Shown piece by piece: positions 1-17,185 of a DNA stretch of 64,000 nt. Positions within the stretch are counted from its first letter, which is position 1. Each line of letters begins with the position of its first letter. The DNA comes from Lama guanicoe (Eukaryota): positions 3,252,799-3,316,798 of the forward strand of contig MU053588.1 of the NCBI GenBank assembly GCA_013239625.1, read 5' to 3'. The notes beneath the pieces are model-generated. The model ran no database searches, was not told the DNA's origin, and saw only the letters and a program-made list of their open reading frames with translations. The position numbers and the translations under genes are program-made.

Positions 1-1039
1 CTCACACTACCGGTGAGCCTCCCAGCAAGAAAGAAATGTCAGTTGTCCAACGGGATTCACTGAACATAAAAGATTCACATTATCCATAAGAGTCACATTG
101 TCTGCTGTCCATAGAAGATTTGCCTTGATAGTGAGGGAAATTTCACTGTCTACAAGGAGTTCACACTGGAAAGGAAAGTTACACTATTACTTATGCTATT
201 ATATTATGACATACTATCTAATACTATCATATTATTACTACTATTTTAATATCATTTTAAAAGAGAGTTTGCATTTGCATGAGTGGGCCCTAAGATGAGG
301 GAAATTTTACAGGGCAGTTTATACTGTGCACGTTGGGTGGCTGATGGGTCTGAGGAAAGTTTATACTCATCAGAGAGTTCCAGCTGCCCACTTAGGTAGG
401 GCCTTGGAGAAAGGTTCCTGCTGTTCCATAATGGGTTCACAGCAGCCACAGAAAGTTCCCCAAGCATGGAGATATTCACTGTCCATGTTAACTTTGTCGT
501 GGATATGAAAGAGATTATACTGTCCATGGGGAGGCACATGCTGGGTGAAAGTTTGCGTTGCCCATGGGAGCTTACGTTGCGTTGAGGGAAGATTTCCATT
601 GATTGGGATAATGTTTCATGTTCCACAGTTTACAACAGGTGTGAGGGAGTATTAGACTCAGTGGGCAGACCTGTACTATCCACGAATCAATTCATCCTGC
701 CTAGGGAACACTCTGCTGTAGTAAAAGGGGGTCTCTACTGTCTGTTCAGAGTTGTCTCTGGCTGTGATGTGTTTTTAATGTCCACAGAGGGATTCCCACT
801 GCTTATTCAAGTTACACTGTGCATAAAGGAGACCAGTCTGTGGGAGCTCACACTGTCCAAGGCCTATATCACCTGTCATTGAGGAAAGGTGTGCACAGGG
901 AGCTGTACCCTGCCCCTGGAAGAATTACATAAAATGTAGTTAACTTAGTTACACAGTTCATTGAAATTACACTGTCATGTGGAGTTGGGGGGGGCAGGGG
1001 TGGTGCAGTGAGGTTGCAGGAAGCAGAATAAAACAAGCT

Positions 1040-1278
1040 TAGCCAGGCTGCTCAGGGTCAAACCCAGCTGGGCTTCTTCCCAGTTGTGTGACCTTGGGCA
1101 AGTCACTTAAACCCCCTGTGCCTCAATTTCTACATCTGTAAGAGGATAATATTGTTTAACCCTATGGCATAGGCTTGTTATGAAGATATAATTAGTTAAG
1201 ATGTGCAAAGCATATAGGTCAGTGTCTCTAGCCGGACAGAGCCTCAAAAATGTTAACTCTTGTTGTGATTATTATTAT
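1040..1278 (+). mobile_element. MIR SINE
   Basis: tgtgtgaccttgggcaagtcacttaa...cctcaatttc..catctgtaa MIR core. Confidence 0.75.
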
Positions 1279-1477
1279 TCAGAAGTTTATCACTACCTGA
1301 AGAGTTTATGCTGTCACAATCTTACTGGTAACCTTGTCCATAGTTTGTATGTATTGTGGTGGTGCTAGTGGTGATGATTTTTAGAAGGATTCTAGGGTTC
1401 AGCATATCTGTGGGGCACTTATCAATCTGTCAGGAGGCATTATGGTCCAGTGCTTGATGTCTCAGCTGTGACTATTC

Positions 1478-1606
1478 TTTTGTTTGTTTTTGTTTTGGGG
1501 GGAGGTAATTAGGTTTATTTATTTATTTATTTAATAGAGGTAATGAACCCAGGACCTCGTTCGTGCTAGGCAAGCACTCTACCACTGAGCTATACCTTGA
1601 CCTCCC
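1478..1606 (-). mobile_element. tRNA-derived SINE (camelid Vic-1-like) inside a MIR
   Basis: Reverse complement carries GTATAGCTCAGTGGTAGAG...CCTGGGTTCA head and an AAAT-rich tail. Confidence 0.85.
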
Positions 1607-1896
1607 CAGCTGTCATGATTTTTAGCTGTGTAACTTTGGGCCTGTAACCACTCTCAGTCTCACTCTCCTCACCTGAAAAATGGGGATCATTAGAATATGT
1701 ACCTCATAAAGTTAAGGTGAGGATGAAATGAGATGCCTTGCGTATCATAAGTGCTCAATAAATAGGAGTGTTGATTTTTATGTGACCCATCCTGCACTGG
1801 ACTCTAGGAAACCTCTATCATTTAAGAATTCACCATTTCTTGGCCTTTATTTGGGGCGTATTGTCAGTGATGGTTTACACTGCCCTTCAGAGAGTC

Positions 1897-1922
1897 GTGT
1901 GTGTGTGTGTGTGTGTGTGTGT
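1897..1922. repeat. (GT)n microsatellite
   Basis: About 13 GT units. Confidence 0.95.
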
Positions 1923-2102
1923 TGAATGGGGTTGAATACTTTTCATTTTGGTGAAGTGGGGTTAATATAATTGTATGAAAGTTATAGAAGCCCAGAGGGT
2001 TATTTTTTTTTAATGTTAATAGTCTTTAAACTTTATTGAATCTTTTTTATAACTCTGCTACCAGTTAAAGTTCAGACACAGGTAATAGAAATCTAAACAA
2101 CA

Positions 2103-2700
2103 CCATCGACAAATGACTGGATAAAGAAGCTGTGGTATATTTATACAATGGAATACTACCCAGCCATAAAAAAGATAAAATAACACCATTTGCAGCCACA
2201 TGGATGGACCTAGAGATTGTCATTCTAAGTGAAATAAGCCAGAAAGAGAAAGAAAAATACCATATGATACCACTCATATGTGGAATCTAAAAAAAGAAAA
2301 GAAGAGGACACTAATGAACTCATCTACAAAACAGAAACAGACTCGCAGACGTAGTACACAATCTTATGGTTACCAGGAAAAAGGGGATAGTAAAGGATAA
2401 ATTTGGGAATTTGAGATTGGCAAATGTTAGCCACTATATATAAAAATAGATCAAAAAATTTCTTCTGTATAGCACAGGGAAAAATTCTTCTATATAGCAC
2501 ATATATTCAATATGCTTCAATAACCTTTAATGAAAAAGAATATGAAAACAAATATATGTAAGACTGGGAGAATGTGCTGTATACCAGAAATTGACACATT
2601 GTAAGTGATTGTACTTCAAGTTAGATGGATAGATAGATAGATAAATAAATAAATAAATAAAATTAATGATCACTAAAAAAAAAAGGAAAGGAAAAAAAAG
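2103..2700 (+). mobile_element. 5'-truncated L1 (ORF2 end, 3' UTR, A-rich tail)
   Basis: TGGATAAAGAAG.TGTGGTA..TATACAATGGAATACTAC L1 motif; TSD AGAAATC(T/C)AAACAACA at 2087 and 2701. Confidence 0.9.
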
Positions 2701-2994
2701 AGAAATCCAAACAACAATGGCTTAAACAAAATAGAGATGTATTTTCCTCTTACATCTGAAGAGAGTGAGTCACCTCGTCTTTTCAGTCACACTTAGTTCC
2801 TCTACCTCAGTGGCTGCTGGAGCTCTTGACATTGGTTCCAAGTTCCAAGCAGGGATATGGGATGTAAGGGGTTGATATTTTGATCTTTTTCCTTTCAGGA
2901 GCTTTTGTGCAAGCCTCACTCAATCCGTGATTTACATCTTTTTGGCCAGGTGTGTTCTTTGGCCACCTCTATTTGAGCCCAGAGTGTTTATTAT

Positions 2995-3915
2995 TCTATT
3001 TTTTTTATTTTTTGTTTTTTAATTTTTAATTTTTAATTGAAGTATAGTTGATTTACAATGTTGTGTTAGTTTCTGGTGTACAGAAAAGTATTTGTATATA
3101 TAAAATTCATTTTTACATTCTTTTCCATTATAGTTTGTTACAACATATTGAGTATAGTTCCCTGTGCTTTACAGTAGGACCCTGTTGTTTATCTGTTCTG
3201 TACGTAGTAGTTTGTATCTGCCAATCCCAAACTCCTAATTTATCCCTCCACCTGCCTCTCCCCACTGGTAACCATGTTTGTTTTCTATGTCTGTGAGTCT
3301 GTTTCTGTTTTGTAAATAAGTTCATTTGTGTCATTTTAAAATTTTTTTATTTATGAAAAAATCTTAATTATTATTTTTAAAGGAGGTATTGGGGATTGAA
3401 CCCAGGACCTCATGCATGCTAAGTATGTGCTCTGTCACTGAGCTATACCCACCCCTCGTGTCATTTTTTTAGATTCCATGTGTAAGTAATACCATATAAT
3501 GTTTGTATTTCTCTGTCTGACTTACTTCACTTAGTATGATAATGTCTAGGTCCAACCATGTTGCTGCAAATGGCATTATTTCATTCTCTTTTATGGCTGA
3601 ATAATAGTCCATTATGTGTGGGTGTGTGTTTATATATACCCCACATTTTCTTTATCCATTTGTCTGTTGATGGGCATTTAGGTTGCTTCCATGTCTTGGC
3701 TATTGTAAACAGTGCTGCTGTGAACATTGGGGTGCGTGTATGTTTTTGAATTAGACTTTTCTCCAGATATATGCCCAGGAGTGGGATTGTTGGATCATAT
3801 GGCAACTCTACTTTTAGTTTTTTCATTTAAGTAAACCTCCGTACTATTTTCCATAGTGGCGGTACCAATTTACATTCCCAGAAACAATATAAGAGGTTTC
3901 CCTTTTCTCCACACC
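2995..3915 (-). mobile_element. 5'-truncated L1
   Basis: ORF 3581..3826(-) ELPYDPTIPLLGIY...PMFTAALFTIAKTWKQPKCPS is the L1 ORF2 C-terminus; poly-T near 3000. Confidence 0.92.
3338..3457 (-). mobile_element. Vic-1-like SINE nested in L1
   Basis: tRNA-like A/B boxes; TSD GTGTCATTTT at 3328 and 3458. Confidence 0.88.
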
Positions 3916-4772
3916 TGAGTCCAGAGGGTTTAAATGGAACAGGGAGTTTTTTCCCTGTCTATGGGAAAGGGCTACGTTATCCATGACTTAATAAAGCTGA
4001 TGGTGATTTTGGGGTTTATTGCACCCACTGGTTGAGTCTATACTATTCATAGAGTGGTCCACCCAGGCAGGTGGCACTGTCCATGTGGGGGCACAATGCC
4101 CATAGGTTATACTGCATGATGCCATTGCTGGCTATGCAGCTCTACTTCACATGGAGTCACACTGCTTAGTGAGGTGACCCTGTTTATTTGCTTCTCTACA
4201 CCATGCATGTGAGGTTTACCCTGGTTGTGGGAATTGACCCTGCTGCTGGAGGAGTTCACACAATTTAAACAAGTTATGTCACCTCTATGGTAGAGCACAC
4301 TAATGAGGGGACAAGCCATGTGATGGGGGTACAGATTGTTTATTTGCCTTCTCACCATCTATATGGGGCTCACACTGTTATTAGAATTACAGTGCCTATA
4401 CGGGGTTACACCATTTACATGGGTTGACCTGCTGTATACAGCCCACATGGTTTATGGAGGTTGTACTGTCTGTATGGGGTTCAGATCATTTATGAGGGTT
4501 ACCTTATCTGTATGAGGTTTTTGAGGGTCATGCTGCCTATTTTGGGGCCCACACTGGTTTTGAGCATCACACTGTTTGAGGTTTATACTGTCCATACAAG
4601 AGTTACACTGGGTATAGGGTTTACAACAATTATGGATATTGCACTGTCTGACTGTGGGGTTATGCCAGCTGTATGTGGACTCAGTTCACTTCAGCAGATA
4701 CATATTACCAGCCTACTCTATGACAGACTCTGTTCTAGGCACTGGTGATAGAGCAGTGAAGAATGCAGATTA

Positions 4773-4901
4773 GGGGGAAGGGTATAGCTCAAGTAGTAGA
4801 ATACGTGCTTAGCATGCAGGAGGTCCTGGGTTCAATCCCCAGCACCTCCTCTAAAAATAAGTAAATAAACCTAATTACCTACCCCCCTCAAAAAACAATA
4901 A
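4773..4901 (+). mobile_element. Vic-1-like SINE nested in L2
   Basis: GGGTATAGCTCAAGTAGTAGA...GGTTCAATCCCCAG; TSD AAGAATGCAGAT at 4759 and 4902. Confidence 0.9.
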
Positions 4902-5119
4902 AAGAATGCAGATCAAGTAAATCCCTGTCTTTGTGGAGATGGCATTCAGTAGGACAAGTACACTTTTTATGGAAGTTTCCCTCTTTATGGGATTCACATC
5001 AGGATTCATACTTTAGGGGGTTACACTGGCATCAATCCAGGAGGGTTTCTCTGTGTGTTTGGGGCTTCCTTTATTGGTATTACATTGGGCATAAGGGGGT
5101 TCGCTGTCCAAAGATTGAG

Positions 5120-6215
5120 CTTATTCCTTCATTATTGATTGTCATGCTCTGGGGATACTATAGGCAACAAAACAGGCAAAACCCCCTACCTTCTTAGAGG
5201 TGACATTATGGAGGAGGGATTCAGATGACAAGCAAATACATTATGGAAACACATGTCATATGATCAGTGCTATAGAGAAAAATAGTGCATAAAAGGGACA
5301 AAGGAATCTCGGAATGTGGCTGAAATTTAAAATATAGTGGTCAGGCAGGGTCTTCCTGGGAAGGTGGTTTTTGAGTAAAAACCTGAAGGGCATGAGGGAC
5401 GAACTATGCAGACCTCTGGGGGAAAAGCCTTCCAGGCAGATGGAATAACATGGGCAAAATCCCCGAGGGAGGAATATGCCTGGCGTATTCAAGAAATAGC
5501 GGAGAGACTGGAGTGTAGTTGGAGAAGACACGAAGGAGAAAGGTGGGAAGTGAGGTCGGGAAGGGCCTTGCAAGCAAGGAGTGGTAAAAGCCAGGAGTTG
5601 GCTTCTACTCCCGGTGAGCAGAGGGGCTGCTGGAGGGTTTAAGGCAGCAAAGGGATGCCCATCTGATTTACTAGAATCCTTCTGGCTGCAGGTAGAGCAC
5701 AGACTGTAGAGGCCAGTGGCAGCAGGAAGACCAGTGAACAGACCCCAGACCAGGGTGGGCATGACGAAGAGTAGCTGATTCTGAAATAGCTGAAGGTAGA
5801 GCTGATGGGAGTTTCTCTCAGATTGGATGTTGGAAGAGAGAAAGGAGTCGAGGATGACTCCAAGCTGTTCAGCCTGAGCAACCAGCAACATGGAGTTGCA
5901 GTTTCTTGAGATGGGGAAGATGAGGGTGGGGAACAGTCTGGAGGAGCTCAGGAAGACCGTTTGGACTTCGCAAACTTAAGAAATCTAAGTGGAGACGCCG
6001 GTGGAAGCAATTCGATGTGCAAGATTGGAGTTCAGGGGAGAGTTCTGAGTTGCAGATAGAAATTTGGGTGCAGTCAGCATAGAGATGGTATGTGAAACCG
6101 TGGGCCTGGCGGAGGTCATCAAGGGAAGGGGTGTGGGTGGAGAAGAGGACCTGGGACTGAGCCCTGGGGCTGCTCTACATTTCAAGTCAGGGAGATGACA
6201 GAGGATGATACTATA
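5120..6215 (-). mobile_element. L2 LINE fragment
   Basis: Typical reverse L2 3' region (tttgagtaaaacctgaagg, ggagttcaggggagagttctgagttgcagatagaaatttggg); boundaries approximate. Confidence 0.7.
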
Positions 6216-6877
6216 AGGTGGTGACATTTTCCATTTGGCAATGGCCACACTGCTTAGATGGCTATGCTATCCATATAAAGTGGATCATACTAAGGGAACT
6301 ACAATATTCATAGAGTCATAGTGGTTCATTATTGCTCAGATGGGTGATGGGGGGTTGTGATTATGATTTTTATCATCCACACAGTTTCCTTCCCAGGAAT
6401 GAACTCTGTGAAGAGTTGTGACTTCTGTGGGGACAGGTTCAGTCCATGCCTTTGCCTGACAACAATAGGAGAAATGTTATCTGTGTCAGGACAGTAAACT
6501 GGAACAAGAACTTCTGCGTCCCTGGGAATGGGGGTGTCCTCACTGTCCAGACAGAGTTGCTCTCTCCATGCAGTTCTACACTATTCATCCCAGGCAAATC
6601 CTAGGTCTGTGAGAGGCTGTGATTTTCACCAGACCCAGGGGCATTTGTGGGGACTTTCCATAGTGAACTGGGGAAAGGTGGGGGGGGGTCCTTGTTCATT
6701 GCAGTTGACATGGCCTTGGTTAGATGGTATGTCTTCAAGGAATGACCAGTGGTGATAAATAGTTTCCATCACAAGTTCTAACATCTTGGTGTTTCACACA
6801 GCAATGGTGGGGTTCACCATCCTTGGGGGTGGCTTTCAGTGTTCACAAGGCGATTGAACTATCCAAGACACTGGCAT

Positions 6878-6970
6878 GGGGTAGGGTATAGCTCAGTGAT
6901 AGAACATGTGCTTGGCATGCATGAGGTCCTGAGCTCAATACCCAGTGCCTCTGTTAAGGGGAAAAAAAAG
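6878..6970 (+). mobile_element. Short Vic-1-like SINE
   Basis: tRNA-like head plus A tail; 15-bp TSD TTGAACTATCCAAGA at 6854 and 6971. Confidence 0.88.
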
Positions 6971-7494
6971 TTGAACTATCCAAGATGGTCCACATTTCTA
7001 TGGTGGAGTCACACCCTGAGGGTTTATAATATCCATGAACAGGTCATTTTTACCAGAGACTCCCATTCTCTGTGGATGGTTGAGACTCTCCCATGAGGCA
7101 TGCCCACCATCCATGCTTCTGTTTCATAGAATCAATGGGATTGACTTATCCAAGTGTGGGATTGATTTATCCAACTGGGTCAAGGTAGGATTATGCCATT
7201 AACAGGCAATTTCACTGTCAATTCTATGTTCTACTGTTGGAGTCTCTAGGGTGAGGGTGCTTACATCATCCACAGGGTATATCGTTCACTCTGCTAATAA
7301 TTATTACCAGTATTTATTGTGTACTTACATCAAATCTCTGATTTCTCACAATGGCCTAATCATGTAGGGCCTATTGGTAATCCCTGTTTTACAGATGAGG
7401 AAACTGAAGCTCAAAGAGGTAAGTTTACTTGCTCTTTGTCACATACAAGAAATAGCAGAGTTAGGGTTGCAACCCCTGTGGGGCTCACTGAGGC

Positions 7495-7975
7495 TGTTAC
7501 TGAGTCCAAACTCATTCTGCTCACCAAACAATGGGCCAGTAAATTGGGAGACAAGGTATTGGGGCAAGGAAGAAGAACTTTATTCAGAAAGCCAGCAGAC
7601 AGAGAAGATGGTGGACTAATGTCCTAGAGAACCATCTTCCCTGAGTTTGAATTCAGGCTTCTTTTATACTAAAAGGGAAGAGGGTAAAGTCCTGTTTCCG
7701 GCCAGATTCTGAAGGGGATGTGTTAATTTCTTCCTTTTGCACGCATTTACTGGTGGGCCTGGTCTGGATGCGTCCTGTGAGCTAAACAAAGGTACTTTAG
7801 CTTAATGTTCATTACCTGGCAGGCAAGGTTCCCAGAGATGGGCCATTTCATATAATCTAAGCTGCATGTATAATATAGGCAACATTCCTTTAGCGATTAA
7901 CAAGCAATAGAATACAAAGTTTAAAGTAAAAGAAACAGATCTACTGTAGATTCAGATTTGTTTTTCTCTATTACA
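7495..7975 (-). mobile_element. Solo LTR (ERV1/MER41-like), about 480 bp
   Basis: TG...CA termini, imperfect 4-bp TSD aggc/aagc, minus-strand TATA-like (cttttatac) and AATAAA (tttatt near 7579); family assignment from memory. Confidence 0.65.
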
Positions 7976-8049
7976 AAGCTGTTACAGACCTATTATCTTT
8001 TAAACTTTTCATCATTTTTTTCTGAGTTGGGGCAGAAAAGGAGGTAGTA

Positions 8050-8290
8050 AAATACAGAGGTTAAGGGTGGTGATTTTGAGTCAGCTAGATATATTGGGTT
8101 GGAATCCTGACTCCAACACTTTCAGAGCCTCACTTTCTTAATCTGTAAGTGGGGCTAACAATAGTAATTCCCTTCTTTGGGGTTTTGTGAGGGTTGAATA
8201 AGATGCCCTGACAATGCTTGGCCCAGTGCCTGGCACATCATGAGCGTTTGTAATTCGGGAGCTGTTATAATAACAATGATGATGATTATT
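8050..8290 (+). mobile_element. MIR SINE
   Basis: gggttggaatcctgactc...atctgtaagtggggctaacaatag...cccagtgcctggcacat. Confidence 0.7.
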
Positions 8291-9886
8291 ATTGCTGGAC
8301 CACACTGCTCCCAGAGGGTTACAATATCCATGGGGGAGCTTCACTGTCCGTAGGCAAGGTTACATAATTCCCCAGGGGTTGATGTTTCCCCAGAGGCCTT
8401 GGTTTCCCTGTGGAAGAGGCCGGAGACTTCTGAGGCACTGGGTGAGGGACAGCTCTAACACAGCTAGGAACCCAGCAACGGGAGCTAGCCTTGAAGCCCT
8501 AAGAACTCAGAGCCTGACCCTTCAGGCCTTCCCTCTCAGTGACCAGTTCCTCTCACCTTATCTACTCTGTCTTAGGCTCTTGGAGCATCACCTGCAGCAC
8601 TCCCCCTCCACCTTCCCACCCCGGCCCCGCCCCATTCCTCTTCTTTGGTACCTCAGTCTTATTTGAGACTGTTTCCAGGCTTAGCCTGTGGATATAGCTT
8701 CTGTTTGCCCTCTACCCCGCTGTTGCTGGCTCCTACTGGCCATCTGATCATTGCTGATTTCCTGTTTCCCGAATTCTCAGGCTCCATCCATTCCTCGCAG
8801 CTGTAGAGAACAGACTTAACACTGCCCTACGCGCTGGCCTTCATCCTTAAGCCCTGCCTTCCTCTCTCCTGGCAACCCCCCAGTGCCCCTTGGGAGCACA
8901 TTTGTTCAGACTTTGGTCACCCCCACGCATCCTGACTCCACCTCCGGAACCCCCTGCCCTGGAGGTGGAGGTGGGGGTACCTCCGGAGGCGCCACCGTGT
9001 CCCTAGGACAGCTGCAATCTGGGGATGGGGGTGCTCCCGAGTGCATTCTCTCTGGTCACTTCCTCCCCAGCTGGGATTGGGGCTATATGAAAGGACAAGA
9101 CCCCATCCCAGGAGGAGCGGAGGGCACAGCCGCCTCCCCATTTCCGATACTGGGAAATGCTTCCCACTCATTCCACCCCACCCCTGGACAGCTGCCCCCA
9201 TTCAGGCTCAGGGTTGGGGGTACCAGGTAAGGCCAGGCTGGGAAATGTGGTCTTGATCATCCTCCAAGGTCTTGACCTGGCCCCTCAGCAGAAAAGATTC
9301 CGCCTCCTCCCAAAAGGTCCATACGTCCTCCTTAGAAATGTTTCTGACACTCATCAGAAGGTACCCCCCCCCAAATCCTTTTACAGGCTTCCAAAGAAAG
9401 TCTGGACTCCCGCAATGGGCGGGAGAGGAGGAGGGGCGGCACGTCGCGGGTCCTGAGGACTTAAGTTATCCGCAGATTTGCAGCCTCAGAGAAGGGTCAT
9501 GACCCCTAGGACCCCATCCCACCTCTGCCCCCTCCTTCCTCCGCCCCCTACTCCCCACCCCGTCGCGTGGCCCCTTTAAGCCTAGAGCCGGCCAGTCCTC
9601 AGTGGCTGAGAGCCGGCGAGTGTGTGTGTGTGAGTGTGCGGGGAGGGGGCGGGCGCAGTGTCTCCATGGCGACGCGGCGGTGACGTCGCCGGCCGGGGGG
9701 CGTGGGCGTCCCGGCCCCGGAGTGCGATATTAACCCGGGAGGCGGCGGCGGGGAGGGGAGAGGCTCTGAGAGGCGAGGCCGGGTGAATCGGCGAGGGCGG
9801 CCCGACGGGCGCGGGACGGGACGGGGCAGCGCGGGCGCCGGGAGCTGCGGCCCGGAGTCGGGGCGCCTCGCCCGGGGCCCCCCAGC

Positions 9887-16336
<6,450 letters not shown>

Positions 16337-17179
16337 GGGCTGTGGACAGGGGACCCCGTTCCCCCCACCCCCCATGCTTCTTTTGCTGCCTTAACCCCCC
16401 CATGCCCTGGAGGTGAGGGCAGCTTTCTAGTCTCTTCCCTGCCTCCTCCCTTTTCCCTCCCCCATGTTTTGTATAAAACTTTTAATTTCTTTTTTTTTAA
16501 TGGTGTGGGTGGGTGGGTGCCCAGGGCTGGGGGCTGTCCCCTTTCTCCGTGGGTTACTAAGCTCCGGGCAAAGTGGTGGTGGGGGGAGGGAGGGGGAGGG
16601 GAAGGGGGCCACCTCCATTCTGGGGAATTTATATTTGAACTGAGGTTCTGGCCTCAAAGCCCAGGAACTTTTTTATTACAATCGTTTAGGAAGTAAAGCC
16701 TTGTCTCCCTCCCTGTTCTCTGCCTCCTATACCTCTCTCCACCCCCAGCCATCCTCAGCCCCAGTCCTGCCTTCCCTGCCCCTCCAGGGGCCATGAGTGC
16801 CTGGATTTCTCATACCCCACAGGGTTGCAGCAGAGGAGGGAGGGACATTTTATGATGAACCAAAAATTCCATTTTGGGGGGGGTGGGGGGCAGAGGAGGG
16901 TGAGGGGTGCCGCCCATAGGCCACAAATCTCTACAAGTGCCTGCTATCCCTCTCCTCCCCACCCCAGCACCGGTCCAAACTCTTCACCCCCAGCTGCTCC
17001 TAGGACTAGCCCTCAGGCAGGCGGGTGGGGAGGGGGTGCCCTGAAACCAAACTGGAAGCCCCCTCTGCCTCTCAGCTGGGGCCCCTGGGGTGGGGGTCTA
17101 TGGTCAAGCCTTATTCTGTATTGGGGATGGAGGGTGGTGGGGAGGGAATTTGGGGGCTGTTGGAGAATGTATTCAAAAC

Positions 17180-17185
17180 AATAAA
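17180..17185 (+). terminator. ERF: ERF polyadenylation signal AATAAA
   Basis: AATAAA about 850 nt after the ERF stop, with UGUA elements upstream. Confidence 0.8.

Noticed and set aside
5256..5891. 211-aa ORF as a novel gene
   Set aside because: Lies entirely within a decayed L2 fragment.
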